A stretch of DNA of 64,000 nt from an uncultured Bacilli bacterium (GTDB taxonomy: Bacteria > Bacillota_I > Bacilli_A > RFN20 > CAG-631), in NCBI GenBank assembly GCA_947626825.1, contig CANQTM010000003.1, positions 40,692 through 104,691 of the forward strand. Direction: 5' to 3'. Below are positions 38,795 to 49,837 of this stretch, piece after piece. Numbering within the stretch: the stretch's first letter is position 1; every line of letters starts with the position of its first letter. The position numbers and the translations under genes are program-made. Under the pieces are notes generated by a model. The model did not search any database and was not told where the DNA came from. It was given only the letters and a program-made list of their open reading frames with translations.

Positions 38795-39700
38795 ATGGAA
38801 AAAAGAGATTTTGTAATCGTTGTTGATTCTTGTTCTGATTTAAATAAAGAATTAAGAACAAAAAATGGTATTGAATATGTAAAAATGTCATTTGTTAAAA
38901 AATTTGCTGACCATGATGAAGAAGTTCCTGCATCACTAGATTGGGATTTATTTACTAATAAAGAACTAAATGATTGGCAAAGAAATGGAATGCAATTAAA
39001 AACTATTCAAGTAACAGCTGAAGAATTTACAAATAAATTTACTGAAATATTAAATCAAAATAAAGATGTTTTATATATTGCATGTTCAAGTGCTTTATCT
39101 GGTTCATATGACTATTCTTTAATAGTTAAAGATGAATTATTAACAAAATATCCTAATGCAAAAATTATTTGTGTTGATTCATTATGTTCATGTCTTGGTC
39201 AAGGATCAATGGCTTTAGATGTTGCTAAAATGCAAAAAGAAGGAGCAACTATTGAACAATGTCGTGATTATCTTGAAGAAAACAAATTATGTTATAACCA
39301 ATTAGCAACAGTTGAAACATTAGATTATTTAAAGAAAGCAGGTCGAATAAAAGCATCAACAGCATTTTTTGGAAATATTTTTGGTGTTAAACCAATTTTT
39401 ATTTCTGATGCTATTGGCCAAAATTTTGCTGTTAAAAAAGTTAAAGGAAGAAAAAATTCTTTTATTGAAATGGTTAATATGATGAAAGAATTAATTGTAG
39501 AACCAGAAAAACAAACTGTTTATGTTTGTCATTCAGATTGTTTAGAAGACGCCCAATATGTTAAAGAATTAATAGAAAAAGAAATTAAGCCACTTAATGT
39601 AAGTATTGAATATTTAGGTCCAATTATTGGAGTTAGTACAGGACCTGGTACTATTGGAATTTATTTTAAAGGACAAAAAGTTACTGTAACTGGAAAATAA
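38795..39700 (+). CDS. fakB: DegV family fatty-acid-binding protein (FakB-type)
   Basis: Begins MEKRDFVIVVDSCSDL. The start is at ATG 38795 after AGAGGAAAAA. The track ORF starts 32 codons upstream. Confidence 0.8.
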   Translation: MEKRDFVIVVDSCSDLNKELRTKNGIEYVKMSFVKKFADHDEEVPASLDWDLFTNKELNDWQRNGMQLKTIQVTAEEFTNKFTEILNQNKDVLYIACSSALSGSYDYSLIVKDELLTKYPNAKIICVDSLCSCLGQGSMALDVAKMQKEGATIEQCRDYLEENKLCYNQLATVETLDYLKKAGRIKASTAFFGNIFGVKPIFISDAIGQNFAVKKVKGRKNSFIEMVNMMKELIVEPEKQTVYVCHSDCLEDAQYVKELIEKEIKPLNVSIEYLGPIIGVSTGPGTIGIYFKGQKVTVTGK

Positions 39701-39701
39701 T

Positions 39702-41348
39702 ATGAATACCAAGTTATTAGATGGAAATACTTTTAAAACATTATTAATAAATGGCTGCCAAAGTTTAATTAATGATATTGATAGAATCAATGCTTTAAAT
39801 GTTTTTCCTGTTCCAGATGGCGATACAGGAACAAATATGAGACTCACTTTAGAAGGTGGAGTTAAAAGTATAATCAATGAAAATGAAAATGATTTATCAA
39901 AATTAAGTAAAACATTAGCTAGAGCCATGACATTTTCAGCACGAGGCAATTCTGGTGTCATTTTATCACAATTTTTTAAAGGACTTTCAAATGGTTTAGA
40001 GACTTTACCTAAAGCCACCGCAAATGATTTAGTTAAGGCCTTTGACGAAGGCGTAAAACAATCATATAAAGTTGTTAAAAGACCAACTGAAGGAACTATC
40101 CTTACAGTTATGAAAGATTCAACTAATTATTGTAAAGAAACAATCGATGAAAATAGTACCATTGAAGATTTTTTTGCTAGTTTTCTTAAAGAAGCCCACG
40201 CTTCTTTAGAAAGGACTCCTGACTTATTACCTGTTTTAAAAGAAGCTGGTGTTATAGATTCAGGTGGTGCTGGATTTAATAGAATTATTGAAGGAATGAT
40301 TATGGCCCTTGATGGAAATATTTTAGTAAATCAAGAAAAATTTGAAGAAGAAAAAGCAAAAAAAAGTGTTGGGCATTTCAATGCTGATAGTGTCTTGGAA
40401 TATGGTTATTGCACTGAATTTATTTTACAATTACAAAATAGTAAAGTTGATATCAAAACATTTGAATTAAAACAAATAACAGATTATTTAGAAAAAATCG
40501 GTAATTCAATAGTTGCTTTTAAAGATGATGATATAGTTAAAGTTCATGTACATACATTCACACCAGGTTTAGTAATTAATTTTTGCCAAAAATTTGGTGA
40601 ATATATAACATTTAAAATGGAAAATATGTCTGTACAACATTCAGAATTAGGAATTGCCAATAATGAAAAGCCAAAAGAACATAAAAAATATGTAGTTATT
40701 GCTGTAGCACCAAATGATAATTTAGGTCAAGCATTCAAAGATTTAGGTGCTGATGAAATTGTTTTTGGTGGGCAAACAATGAATCCATCAAGTGAAGATT
40801 TTGTCGAAGCATTTGAAAGATTTGATGCTGAAAACATTATTGTATTTCCAAATAATAGTAATATTATTTTAGCAGCTCAACAAGCCGCTGATAATTATGA
40901 AAAGGCAAATGTTGTTTTAATTCCTACAACATCTTTAGTACAATGTTATTGTTCTTTAACAATGCTTGATTTAGGACTTGATGATTTAGATATGATTGTT
41001 AACGATTTAACATCTACTGCAAAAAATGTTATTTCTCTAGCAATTACTAAAGCAACAAGAAACAGCAATATTCAACATGTCGATATTCATAAAGATGATT
41101 ATATAGCCTTAATTGATAAAAATATTGTTAAAGATAACAATAATAAAATTAATGTTGTAATCGAGGCATTAAAAACAATTAATGATATTTTAGATAAAGA
41201 TGTAATTACTATAATTTATGGAAAAGATGTTTCTGATGACGAAAAACAACAACTAGAAACATTAATAAAACAAAATTTCCCTAATTTAGAAATTGGAACT
41301 ATTAATGGACAACAAGATGTTTATAATTTCTTAATTGCAATTGAATAA
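39702..41348 (+). CDS. fakA: Fatty acid kinase FakA (DAK2 domain fusion protein YloV family)
   Basis: 548 aa with the N-terminal Dak2/DhaL-like nucleotide-binding motif PVPDGDTGTNM. It lies immediately after a DegV gene with a 1-nt gap. Confidence 0.8.
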   Translation: MNTKLLDGNTFKTLLINGCQSLINDIDRINALNVFPVPDGDTGTNMRLTLEGGVKSIINENENDLSKLSKTLARAMTFSARGNSGVILSQFFKGLSNGLETLPKATANDLVKAFDEGVKQSYKVVKRPTEGTILTVMKDSTNYCKETIDENSTIEDFFASFLKEAHASLERTPDLLPVLKEAGVIDSGGAGFNRIIEGMIMALDGNILVNQEKFEEEKAKKSVGHFNADSVLEYGYCTEFILQLQNSKVDIKTFELKQITDYLEKIGNSIVAFKDDDIVKVHVHTFTPGLVINFCQKFGEYITFKMENMSVQHSELGIANNEKPKEHKKYVVIAVAPNDNLGQAFKDLGADEIVFGGQTMNPSSEDFVEAFERFDAENIIVFPNNSNIILAAQQAADNYEKANVVLIPTTSLVQCYCSLTMLDLGLDDLDMIVNDLTSTAKNVISLAITKATRNSNIQHVDIHKDDYIALIDKNIVKDNNNKINVVIEALKTINDILDKDVITIIYGKDVSDDEKQQLETLIKQNFPNLEIGTINGQQDVYNFLIAIE

Positions 41349-41414
41349 ATATAAGAGAATTAGTTATTTTTAAACTAATTCTTTTTGTTAATAATAAATA
41401 AGAGGAAGGTTGAC

Positions 41415-42257
41415 ATGATCCCCTATTTTTTTATTAAAACGATATGTAATAAATATCTTAAAAACAACTTTTTACATAAGCCATTAGATGAAATATTAAA
41501 AGATGCTAACAAAAAAACTATCTATAAAAAAATAAATTCACAAAAAAATGAACAAATAACTTTAGATGATATGTTATATGTTTTTGACCATTTTAATTTA
41601 AAAGGAACAAAAACAATTTTTTATTTTTCTGGAGGGAGTTTTATGCAACCACCGTCAAAATTACATATCAATTTTGTTAAAAAATTAGCAAAAAAATTTG
41701 ATTATCATATTATTTTAGTACAATATCCACTAATTGCCGATTTAAATCCATTAGAAAACGCTAAATTAATTGCTAAAATAATTGCAAAAACAAAATATAC
41801 AGAAATAATTTTAATGGGAGATAGTGCTGGCGCTAATTTAACATTGTATATTTTAAAAAATTTACAATATAAAAAAATTGTTAAAAAAATTGTTTTATTT
41901 TCTCCTTGGATTGATGGCCATCTAAATCATGAAGATATTTCTTTAATTCAATATGATGATTTTATTTTAGATAAAACAAATTGTGTATCAATTGCAAATT
42001 TAGTTTATAAAAAATACAATCATAACAACTTATATTTGTGTCCAAATGAAAACGATTTTTTTTATTCTTGTAAAGTTCTTTTAATTAGTGGAGAAAAAGA
42101 AATATTTACGCCAGATGCAATTAAATGGACTTTAAGTCAAACTAATTTATCAGTTAAACATCTTGTATATAAGGACATGTGTCATTGCTTTGTTTTACTT
42201 CCTATATCTTTAGCCAATATAGCCCTTAAACAAGTTGATATTTTTTTAAAAAATTAA
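41415..42257 (+). CDS. Alpha/beta hydrolase fold esterase/lipase (HSL-like)
   Basis: Has MGDSAGANL, a GDSAG-type nucleophile elbow, and a C-terminal His region. The start is at ATG 41415 after AAGAGGAAGG. Confidence 0.65.
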   Translation: MIPYFFIKTICNKYLKNNFLHKPLDEILKDANKKTIYKKINSQKNEQITLDDMLYVFDHFNLKGTKTIFYFSGGSFMQPPSKLHINFVKKLAKKFDYHIILVQYPLIADLNPLENAKLIAKIIAKTKYTEIILMGDSAGANLTLYILKNLQYKKIVKKIVLFSPWIDGHLNHEDISLIQYDDFILDKTNCVSIANLVYKKYNHNNLYLCPNENDFFYSCKVLLISGEKEIFTPDAIKWTLSQTNLSVKHLVYKDMCHCFVLLPISLANIALKQVDIFLKN

Positions 42258-42387
42258 AAATTTTTTAATTGACTACAAATAATATATAAGATAAAATTTA
42301 TCTAGGAAGTTTATTAATAAGAATTTAAATTTAAACATAAAATTAAATAGTTTAATTCTAAAAAAAAAATAAAGAGAGGAAAAAAAT

Positions 42388-42924
42388 ATGGATTTAAAAG
42401 GATCAAGAACTGAAATGAATTTACAAACTGCTTTTGCTGGCGAATCACAAGCAAGAAATAAGTACACTTATTTTGCTAGCGTAGCAAAAAAAGAAGGCTA
42501 TGAACAAATAGCTCAAATTTTCCAAGAAACTGCTGATAATGAAAAAGAACATGCTAAAATTTGGTTTAAACATCTTGCAGGAATTGGCTCTACTGCTGAA
42601 AATTTAAAAGCTGCAGCTGCTGGTGAAAATTACGAATGGACAGAAATGTATGCTGAATTTGCACGTATAGCAAAAGAAGAAGGTTTTATGGCTATTGCAG
42701 CTCAATTTGAACTTGTAGCTAAAATTGAAAAATCACATGAAGAAAGATATCAAGCTTTACTTGCAAAAGTAGAAGGCGATGAAGTATTTACTAATAAAAC
42801 TGGCATTGTTGTTTGGAGATGTCGAAATTGTGGTTATTTACACACTGGAACATCTGCTCCTAAAGTATGTCCAGTATGTGCTCATCCACAAGCATATTTT
42901 GAAAGAGAAGTTGTTAATTACTAA
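42388..42924 (+). CDS. rbr: Rubrerythrin
   Basis: 178 aa with the ferritin-like diiron motifs (E...EKEH twice) and a C-terminal rubredoxin-like CRNCGY...CPVCAHP. Confidence 0.9.
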   Translation: MDLKGSRTEMNLQTAFAGESQARNKYTYFASVAKKEGYEQIAQIFQETADNEKEHAKIWFKHLAGIGSTAENLKAAAAGENYEWTEMYAEFARIAKEEGFMAIAAQFELVAKIEKSHEERYQALLAKVEGDEVFTNKTGIVVWRCRNCGYLHTGTSAPKVCPVCAHPQAYFEREVVNY

Positions 42925-43028
42925 TTTATATTTAAAAAAGCAAATGATGAATCATCATTTGCTTTTTATTATAAAAAAATAATTGCTTTAATAAATACAT
43001 TTTATTATAATTTTTTTGGTGAAATTAA

Positions 43029-43682
43029 ATGAATTTTTTTGGTAAAAATTTAAAAGCAGCTATATTTGATCTTGATGGTACTCTTATCGATTCATGCAAT
43101 ATTTGGAAAGAAATTGATAAGACTTTTTTCCATATGCATAATTTAGAAGTTCCAAAAAATTATTCTAAAGAAGTTTCTCACATTGGTCTAAAAGAAGCAG
43201 CTATTTTAACTAAAGAAAAATATCATATTCAAGATAGTGTTGAAAACATTTTAAAGCAATGGGATGAAATGTCAAAAGAACAATATTTATATCATATTCA
43301 ACTAAAACCTCATGCATTAGAATTTTTATTAAAATTAAAAAATAGTAATGTAAAACTAGCAATTGCTACAGCAAATAAAAAATCTTTATACGAACCATGT
43401 TTAAAAAGATTGAAAATTTATGATTTTTTTGATTTCATTGCTGATGTTGATGTTGTACATGAAGGAAAAAGTTCTGTTAAATTATATGATTTTGTTACAA
43501 AAAAATTAAATGTTTCTAAAGAAGAAACAGCTATTTTTGAAGATATTTCAATTGGGTTGCAAACTGCTTTTGAAAATGGCTATATAGCAATAGCAGTTTA
43601 TGATAAAAATTCAGAAAATGAAGACACATTAAAAAGACAATATTCTCATATTTATGTAAAAGATTTTAATGAATTATTATAA
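43029..43682 (+). CDS. HAD-IA family hydrolase (beta-phosphoglucomutase-like)
   Basis: 217 aa with AAIFDLDGTLIDS at the N-terminus. Confidence 0.7.
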   Translation: MNFFGKNLKAAIFDLDGTLIDSCNIWKEIDKTFFHMHNLEVPKNYSKEVSHIGLKEAAILTKEKYHIQDSVENILKQWDEMSKEQYLYHIQLKPHALEFLLKLKNSNVKLAIATANKKSLYEPCLKRLKIYDFFDFIADVDVVHEGKSSVKLYDFVTKKLNVSKEETAIFEDISIGLQTAFENGYIAIAVYDKNSENEDTLKRQYSHIYVKDFNELL

Positions 43683-43779
43683 AAATCTTTTTTACAATTA
43701 AATGTTTAATTTAAATATAGTTTACTTTAAAAAAACTAAATCAATTTTGTTGGTTTAGTTTTTTTCTATAAATATTAAT

Positions 43780-45312
43780 TTATAATAATGATTGGAAAAT
43801 TTTTAAAAATGATATTAATAATCTCATAAAGAAATTATATTTTAATTCTTTTGGTGGAACAAGTTTGGATTTAGCAAAATCATCATCAAAATCCTTTTTA
43901 ATATCTAAAATACAATCTGAATTATATATCCAAACACCACATTCATAATGGTGAAGTAAAGATCGAAAATCTAAATTTGTAGTTCCAACATAAGCAACCT
44001 CATCATCAATTAAAAATGTTTTTGCATGGTTGAATCCAGGTGTAAATTTATATATTTCTACACCATTAATTGCTAATTCATAGGCAGCCGATTTAGTAAA
44101 TGCATATACTAAAGCTTTATCTGGCGTTGCAGGTATTAATAAACGAACTTTAACTCCTCTAGCAACAGCAGCAATTAAAGCATTAGATATTGCATAATCT
44201 ATAATCAAATAAGGAGTTGATATATCAATATTTTTACTTGCTTGATTAATTAAATTTAAAAAAGCATCAGTTGCAAAATTTTCATAGTATCTACTCCTCG
44301 GCCCTGTGCCATAAGGCATAACAATTTCATCATTTAAAATATCATTTAATGACTCATCATATAAATATTTTTCATAATTTTGTTGTTTTAAAGAAACAAT
44401 AGAAAAATTTTGTAAAAATAAAATAATTAAATTATTAATACCTTGGCCTGTTAAACGAACTGCATTATCTTTCCAATGTCCATATATTTGAACTAAATTC
44501 ATGTATTCATCAGAAATATTTATGCCACCTGTATAAGCAATTTTGCCATCAATAATTGCAATTTTTCTATGATCTCTATTATTATGATATGCCGATACAA
44601 ATGGCAACATTGTATTAAATTTATAACATTCTATGCCTAATTTTCTTAAATATTTATAATAACTTCCTCTTAAATATTTAACACAACCAACATCATCATA
44701 AATTAGTTTAACTTCTACACCTTCTTTTACTTTTTCTTTTAAAACATTTAAAATACTATTCCACATATGGCCGTGATTAATAATGAAATATTCTAAGAAA
44801 ATATATTTACTAGCATTTTCTAAATCTTTCATTAAACTTTCATAAAACTCTTTGCCATCTTTCAAAAAAGCGACTTTGGTATTTCTATAAGCTCTAAAAG
44901 ATGACATTGTTTCTAAATATTTTATTTGACCTGCATATTTATTGGCAATTTCGTATATTTTTTCTTGTTCTTTAACATTTTCTAAAGGCAAAGATGGCAA
45001 TTTAGCATATCTTCTTGTTCTTTTTGCCATTGGTTCTTCTGCTTTTAAAACAATATATATAACGATACCAACTATTGGGAAAGCAATTATCAAAAATGAC
45101 CAAAGCATTTTTTGTTCTGGTGGCACTTTATCATTAACAATTAAAACAAAAACAATTAAACCAATAATAGATGATATCAATTGGAAATAAACATATGATT
45201 CTGTTAAATTAAAAATATAATATGAAACAATAACTACTTGAGCAATAACAGAAATTGCCACAAAAAACAATCTACTAAAAATCAATTTAATGATTGATAA
45301 AAATTTTGCCAT
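43780..45312 (-). CDS. cls: Cardiolipin synthase (phospholipase D family, two HKD motifs)
   Basis: Two HxK(x)4D motifs are present (HRKIAIIDGKIAYTGGINISDE and HAKTFLIDDEVAYVGTTNLDFRS) after N-terminal TM segments. The start is taken at the ATG for MAKFLSII (45312) after AAGGAGG. The track ORF is 9 codons longer. Confidence 0.8.
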   Translation of the reverse strand: MAKFLSIIKLIFSRLFFVAISVIAQVVIVSYYIFNLTESYVYFQLISSIIGLIVFVLIVNDKVPPEQKMLWSFLIIAFPIVGIVIYIVLKAEEPMAKRTRRYAKLPSLPLENVKEQEKIYEIANKYAGQIKYLETMSSFRAYRNTKVAFLKDGKEFYESLMKDLENASKYIFLEYFIINHGHMWNSILNVLKEKVKEGVEVKLIYDDVGCVKYLRGSYYKYLRKLGIECYKFNTMLPFVSAYHNNRDHRKIAIIDGKIAYTGGINISDEYMNLVQIYGHWKDNAVRLTGQGINNLIILFLQNFSIVSLKQQNYEKYLYDESLNDILNDEIVMPYGTGPRSRYYENFATDAFLNLINQASKNIDISTPYLIIDYAISNALIAAVARGVKVRLLIPATPDKALVYAFTKSAAYELAINGVEIYKFTPGFNHAKTFLIDDEVAYVGTTNLDFRSLLHHYECGVWIYNSDCILDIKKDFDDDFAKSKLVPPKELKYNFFMRLLISFLKIFQSLL

Positions 45313-45313
45313 T

Positions 45314-46114
45314 TTATAGTTTCGCCTCCTTATATTCATATTTTAAATAATAATCTTGTAAAATACCACGATATGAATTTTTCCATGGTTTATTACGACC
45401 AAAATAATGGATAATACTACAATTTTGCTCAACCCAATTTAAATCAATTTTATTAACTAAATGTTTTAAATTATATAAAGTAATAGTTCTATCTGATAAA
45501 TTATATTTCAAATGATCAATTTGTAAAACTTTATCTCCATATAATCCTTGTAAAACATCTTGATCAGGTAACATTAAAGTCATTCTTTTCTTTAAAATAA
45601 AGTTATAAACTTCTTTACTTTGATCAAATTTTCGTAATTCTTTTAAATTAATTAATAATACACCTGTGTTAAGATATGGAGCTTTTTTAGGAGCACCATT
45701 TTTAACTTCATTAAATTTTCTTAAAATGTTTTTAACATTACTTGAACCAATGTAATAATTACCATTAAAATCAGAATTATATAAATCACTTAAATCTTTT
45801 AATACAATTATATCAGGATCAAGATATAATATTCTATCTAAATCATTAGGTAAAAATTTAGCAGCTAATAAACGATAATAAATTACTGATGGATATCTTT
45901 TGCTAGTAGGAGCACTATCTAATATTTCATCTTCAAAATGAATAATAGTGAACTTAACATTATCTACATGATAATTTTTAAAATCAGATATTGTTAAATC
46001 ATTCGCAACTACATAAACATTTAAAATATGTTTAGAATTATTAAAAGACAAAGAATTTAACATTGTAAATAATATTTTTAAATATTTTTTATTAATTGTT
46101 ACTAAAATATTCAT
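45314..46114 (-). CDS. Glycosyltransferase family 8 protein
   Basis: GT8 pattern with YLDPDIIVLKD and NTGVLLINL. The start is at the ATG for MNILVTIN (46114) after GAGGT. It is 1 nt from the cls start. Confidence 0.65.
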   Translation of the reverse strand: MNILVTINKKYLKILFTMLNSLSFNNSKHILNVYVVANDLTISDFKNYHVDNVKFTIIHFEDEILDSAPTSKRYPSVIYYRLLAAKFLPNDLDRILYLDPDIIVLKDLSDLYNSDFNGNYYIGSSNVKNILRKFNEVKNGAPKKAPYLNTGVLLINLKELRKFDQSKEVYNFILKKRMTLMLPDQDVLQGLYGDKVLQIDHLKYNLSDRTITLYNLKHLVNKIDLNWVEQNCSIIHYFGRNKPWKNSYRGILQDYYLKYEYKEAKL

Positions 46115-46122
46115 ATAATACC

Positions 46123-47874
46123 TCAACTTTCGAATTGTGAATGGTAAAGTTCAAAATAAAACCCTTTCTTTTTTAATAAATTCTCATGATTACCTATTTC
46201 AACAATATGGCCATCTTTCATTACTATTATAACATCTGCATTGACAATAGTCGATAATCTATGGGCCACAATAAATGATGTTTTATTTTTCATTAATTCA
46301 TTAAATGCTTCTTGAACTTTTTTTTCAAGTCTTGTATCAATATTACTTGTTGCTTCATCTAAAATTAAAATTGTTTTTTTACATAACATTACCCTAGCAA
46401 TGCATAACAATTGTTTTTGACCTGTTGATAGCATACCACCATCTTCATTAATAATAGTGTCTATTCCATTTGGCAATTGTTTTATAAAACTTTGACAATT
46501 ACATTTTTCTAAAGCTTCATTAATTTCATTTATTGTTGCATTTGGATTACCAAAACATAAATTTTCTTTGATTGATGTACTTTTTAACCAAGTATCTTGT
46601 AAAACCATTCCAATATTATCTCTTAGACTATTAGTCTTAATATCTTTAAGGTTATAATCATCATAATAAATATTTCCACTATCTACTTCATAAAATTTCA
46701 TTAATAGATTTATTAATGTTGTTTTACCGCAACCTGTTGGACCTACAATCGCTACTTTTTGACCTTTGGTAACTTTTATATTAAAATCTTCAATTAAAGA
46801 TTTATTTTTATCATAAGAAAAATAAACATTTTTTAAAAGAACATTTCCTTGTAAATCAACATCTAATAAATGATTTTCGTTTGGCAATTCTTTTTGATTT
46901 AGCAATTCAAAGATTCTACTAGCACAAGCTAAAGAATTTTGCATTTCAGTAATTACTCCACTTATTTCATTAAATGGTTTGCCATATTGATTAGCATAAC
47001 TTAAAAATGTTGTTAATAAACCTGCTGTTAAAACACCTTGTTGTGTAACAATTAATATTGTACCTAAAATAGCAACACCAGCATAAACTAAAGCATTGAC
47101 AAAACGAGTTAATGGATTTGTTAATGATGAATAAAAATTAGCTTTTAGTGAAACATCTTTTAATTTCATATTAATTTGTTCAAATTTTACTTCATTTTCT
47201 TTTTGATATGAAAAGGCTTGAACTATTTTTTGATTATTAATCATTTCTTCTATAAACCCTGTTTGTTCACCTTTTATTGTCGCTTGTTCTTTAAACTTTT
47301 TGTAAATTTTTGATGATATAATTTTAGCGACTAAAAAAGAAATAGGAGTTAATACAAAAACTAATATAGCAATGTAAATATTATAATAAATCATAATTGC
47401 TAAAGTTAAAATAATAGTTAAAATTCCCGTAAAAAATTGACTAAAACCTAAAAGCAAGCCATCTCCAAAAGTATCAATGTCACTAATTATTCTTGAAACG
47501 ATTTCACCTTTTTCTTGATTATCTAAATAAGATAAAGGTAAATTATTTATTTTAGCAATAGCTTGATTTCTAAGTTTTTGATTTACTTTATAAACGATAT
47601 GATTATTAATAATAGCCATCAACCAATTTGTCATAGCTAAAACCAATACATCAATAACCATAATAATAAAATAATGACTTAATTTAATAAAATCAACATT
47701 ATCAATATCAATTATAAGGTCGATGCTTCTTCCAATTAAAATAGGGAATAATAAAGTTGCCAAAACAATAATAATGGCCAAAAGTAAAGATAATATAATC
47801 AAAGGTATCATTGGTTTTAATTGTTTTAGAACCATTTTAAAAGTTGAAGGATGTTTTTTAACCATAAATTTCAT
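46123..47874 (-). CDS. ABC transporter ATP-binding/permease fusion protein (exporter, half-transporter)
   Basis: 583 aa. The N-terminal half has 6 TM segments. It has Walker A GPTGCGKTT, signature LSTGQKQLLCIAR and Walker B ILILDEATS. Confidence 0.85.
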   Translation of the reverse strand: MKFMVKKHPSTFKMVLKQLKPMIPLIILSLLLAIIIVLATLLFPILIGRSIDLIIDIDNVDFIKLSHYFIIMVIDVLVLAMTNWLMAIINNHIVYKVNQKLRNQAIAKINNLPLSYLDNQEKGEIVSRIISDIDTFGDGLLLGFSQFFTGILTIILTLAIMIYYNIYIAILVFVLTPISFLVAKIISSKIYKKFKEQATIKGEQTGFIEEMINNQKIVQAFSYQKENEVKFEQINMKLKDVSLKANFYSSLTNPLTRFVNALVYAGVAILGTILIVTQQGVLTAGLLTTFLSYANQYGKPFNEISGVITEMQNSLACASRIFELLNQKELPNENHLLDVDLQGNVLLKNVYFSYDKNKSLIEDFNIKVTKGQKVAIVGPTGCGKTTLINLLMKFYEVDSGNIYYDDYNLKDIKTNSLRDNIGMVLQDTWLKSTSIKENLCFGNPNATINEINEALEKCNCQSFIKQLPNGIDTIINEDGGMLSTGQKQLLCIARVMLCKKTILILDEATSNIDTRLEKKVQEAFNELMKNKTSFIVAHRLSTIVNADVIIVMKDGHIVEIGNHENLLKKKGFYFELYHSQFES

Positions 47875-49606
47875 CCTCCTTTTTAACTTGAGAATTATAT
47901 ATTTCTTGATAGATTTTACAATTATTTAATAATTGTTGATGATTACCATAACCAACCATTTCTCCCTTATCAAGAACAATTATTTTATCTGCATGAGCTA
48001 CAGTAGAAACTCTTTGTGAAATTATAAAAACAATAGGATTATATGATAATTTTTTTAAATTTTGACGAAAAGAAGCTTCTGTTTTATAATCAAGGGCACT
48101 TGTTGAATCATCTAAGATCAAAATAGGTGCTTTTTTTAATAAAGCTCTAGCAATTGTTAGCCTTTGTCTTTGACCGCCTGAAAAGTTTTTACCATCTTGG
48201 CTTACTTCGCTATCAAGACCTTTTTCTTTATTCAAAACAAATTCTTTAGCCATAGCTAAATTTAAAGCATCGATCATTTCTTCATCTTTAGCATTTTTAT
48301 TACCCCAAAGTAAATTTTCCTTAATAGTTCCTTTAAATAAAACGGCTTTTTGTGGAACGATAGATATCATTTCTCTTAAACTAAAAATATCTAAATTAGC
48401 AATATTAGTGCCATTTATATAAATATTACCTTCACTTGTATCATAAAAATGGGCTAATAAATTTATTAAACTAGTTTTACCACTTCCTGTTGAGCCAATA
48501 ATTCCAATAGTTTCTCCTTTGTTAACACTAAAAGAAATGTCTTTTAATGATTCTTTAGCAGAATTTTGATATGTTAAAGAAACATTATCAAAAACGACAT
48601 ATCCTGATTTATTTATAGTTTTATCATCTTTAAATTTTAATGATGATTCTTTTTTCATAATATTATCAATTCTATTAGCACAAGCAATTGATTTATTTAA
48701 AGTAATTAATAAATTAGCAAACTTAATTAATTCCACTAAAATAATAGACATATAGTTATATAAAGCAACGACTTCACCTTGAGACAAATCACCAACATTG
48801 ACCTTTAATGCCCCAAAATAAATAAGTAAAACAATGGCACCATTAATAATCAAATAAGTAAATGGATTTAATAAAGATGCTATTTTGCCAACATGTAATT
48901 GGCTTTTTGTATGATTTTCATTTAAAACATTAAATTCTTTAACTTCATCTTCTTGTTTGTTAAAAGCCCTAATAACACGAATACCATTTAAATTTTCTCT
49001 TGTGTGTTTCAATAAATTATCTTGTTTTGTTTGAACGTTTTTATATAATGGTACAGTTATTTTTGTAATTAAAAACACGACCAAAAATAATACACAAGTA
49101 ACAAATAAAAAAATCAAACCAGCTTTAATATTAATGAATAATGCCATTATAGTAGCACCAAAAACAACAATTGGTGATCTTAGCAATAAACGTAATAATA
49201 AATTAATTCCTGTTTGTACTTGATTGACATCACTAGTCATTACATTTATAAGCGATGAAAATCCTAAATTATCATATTCACTATAGGATAAAGATTGTAT
49301 TTTATTAAAAAGATTTTTTCTTAAATTAGTTGCTATATTAATTGCAGCATAAGCAGAATAATATTGAGCAATTATTGAAAATAACAAACCAATTAAAGGA
49401 AAAACAATTAATAAAATGCTAATAACAATAATATAAGTGTGATTATTTTGTTTAATACCAATATCAATTAATGAAGCGATAAGAATGGGAATAAATAATT
49501 CAAAAATAGCTTCAAAAAGTTTAAATAGAGGGCCTAAAATTGACTCCTTTTTATATTGTTTTAGCATTTTTAAAATATTTTTCATTGTTCTTTCCTCAAT
49601 TATCAC
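47858..49606 (-). CDS. ABC transporter ATP-binding/permease fusion protein (exporter, half-transporter partner)
   Basis: 582 aa. It has Walker A GSTGSGKTS, signature FSGGQRQRLTIARA and Walker B ILILDDSTSALD. It overlaps the downstream partner by 17 nt. Confidence 0.85.
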   Translation of the reverse strand: MIIEERTMKNILKMLKQYKKESILGPLFKLFEAIFELFIPILIASLIDIGIKQNNHTYIIVISILLIVFPLIGLLFSIIAQYYSAYAAINIATNLRKNLFNKIQSLSYSEYDNLGFSSLINVMTSDVNQVQTGINLLLRLLLRSPIVVFGATIMALFINIKAGLIFLFVTCVLFLVVFLITKITVPLYKNVQTKQDNLLKHTRENLNGIRVIRAFNKQEDEVKEFNVLNENHTKSQLHVGKIASLLNPFTYLIINGAIVLLIYFGALKVNVGDLSQGEVVALYNYMSIILVELIKFANLLITLNKSIACANRIDNIMKKESSLKFKDDKTINKSGYVVFDNVSLTYQNSAKESLKDISFSVNKGETIGIIGSTGSGKTSLINLLAHFYDTSEGNIYINGTNIANLDIFSLREMISIVPQKAVLFKGTIKENLLWGNKNAKDEEMIDALNLAMAKEFVLNKEKGLDSEVSQDGKNFSGGQRQRLTIARALLKKAPILILDDSTSALDYKTEASFRQNLKKLSYNPIVFIISQRVSTVAHADKIIVLDKGEMVGYGNHQQLLNNCKIYQEIYNSQVKKEDEIYG

Positions 49607-49837
49607 TTATTTTACCACATTTTAACAATATTTAACACATTTTGATAAACAAATAGGCATTTAGGGAAAATTTGTAATAACAATAAAGTTATTAAAAACA
49701 AATTTTTGTCTCTTGTTTGAGTAATTATGTCGCAAAAATTTAATTATTTATTGAAAATTAAATCATCCCTTAAATGTCAAGATAAAAAAACATTAGATAT
49801 ATTGCTTTATTTATGTTAAAATAATATCAATACATTT

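Noticed and set aside
42258-42387. PerR/Fur-type box upstream of rubrerythrin.
   Set aside because: The region is so AT-rich that several weak matches to TTATAAT-type half-sites occur by chance. I could not identify a convincing 7-1-7 palindrome.
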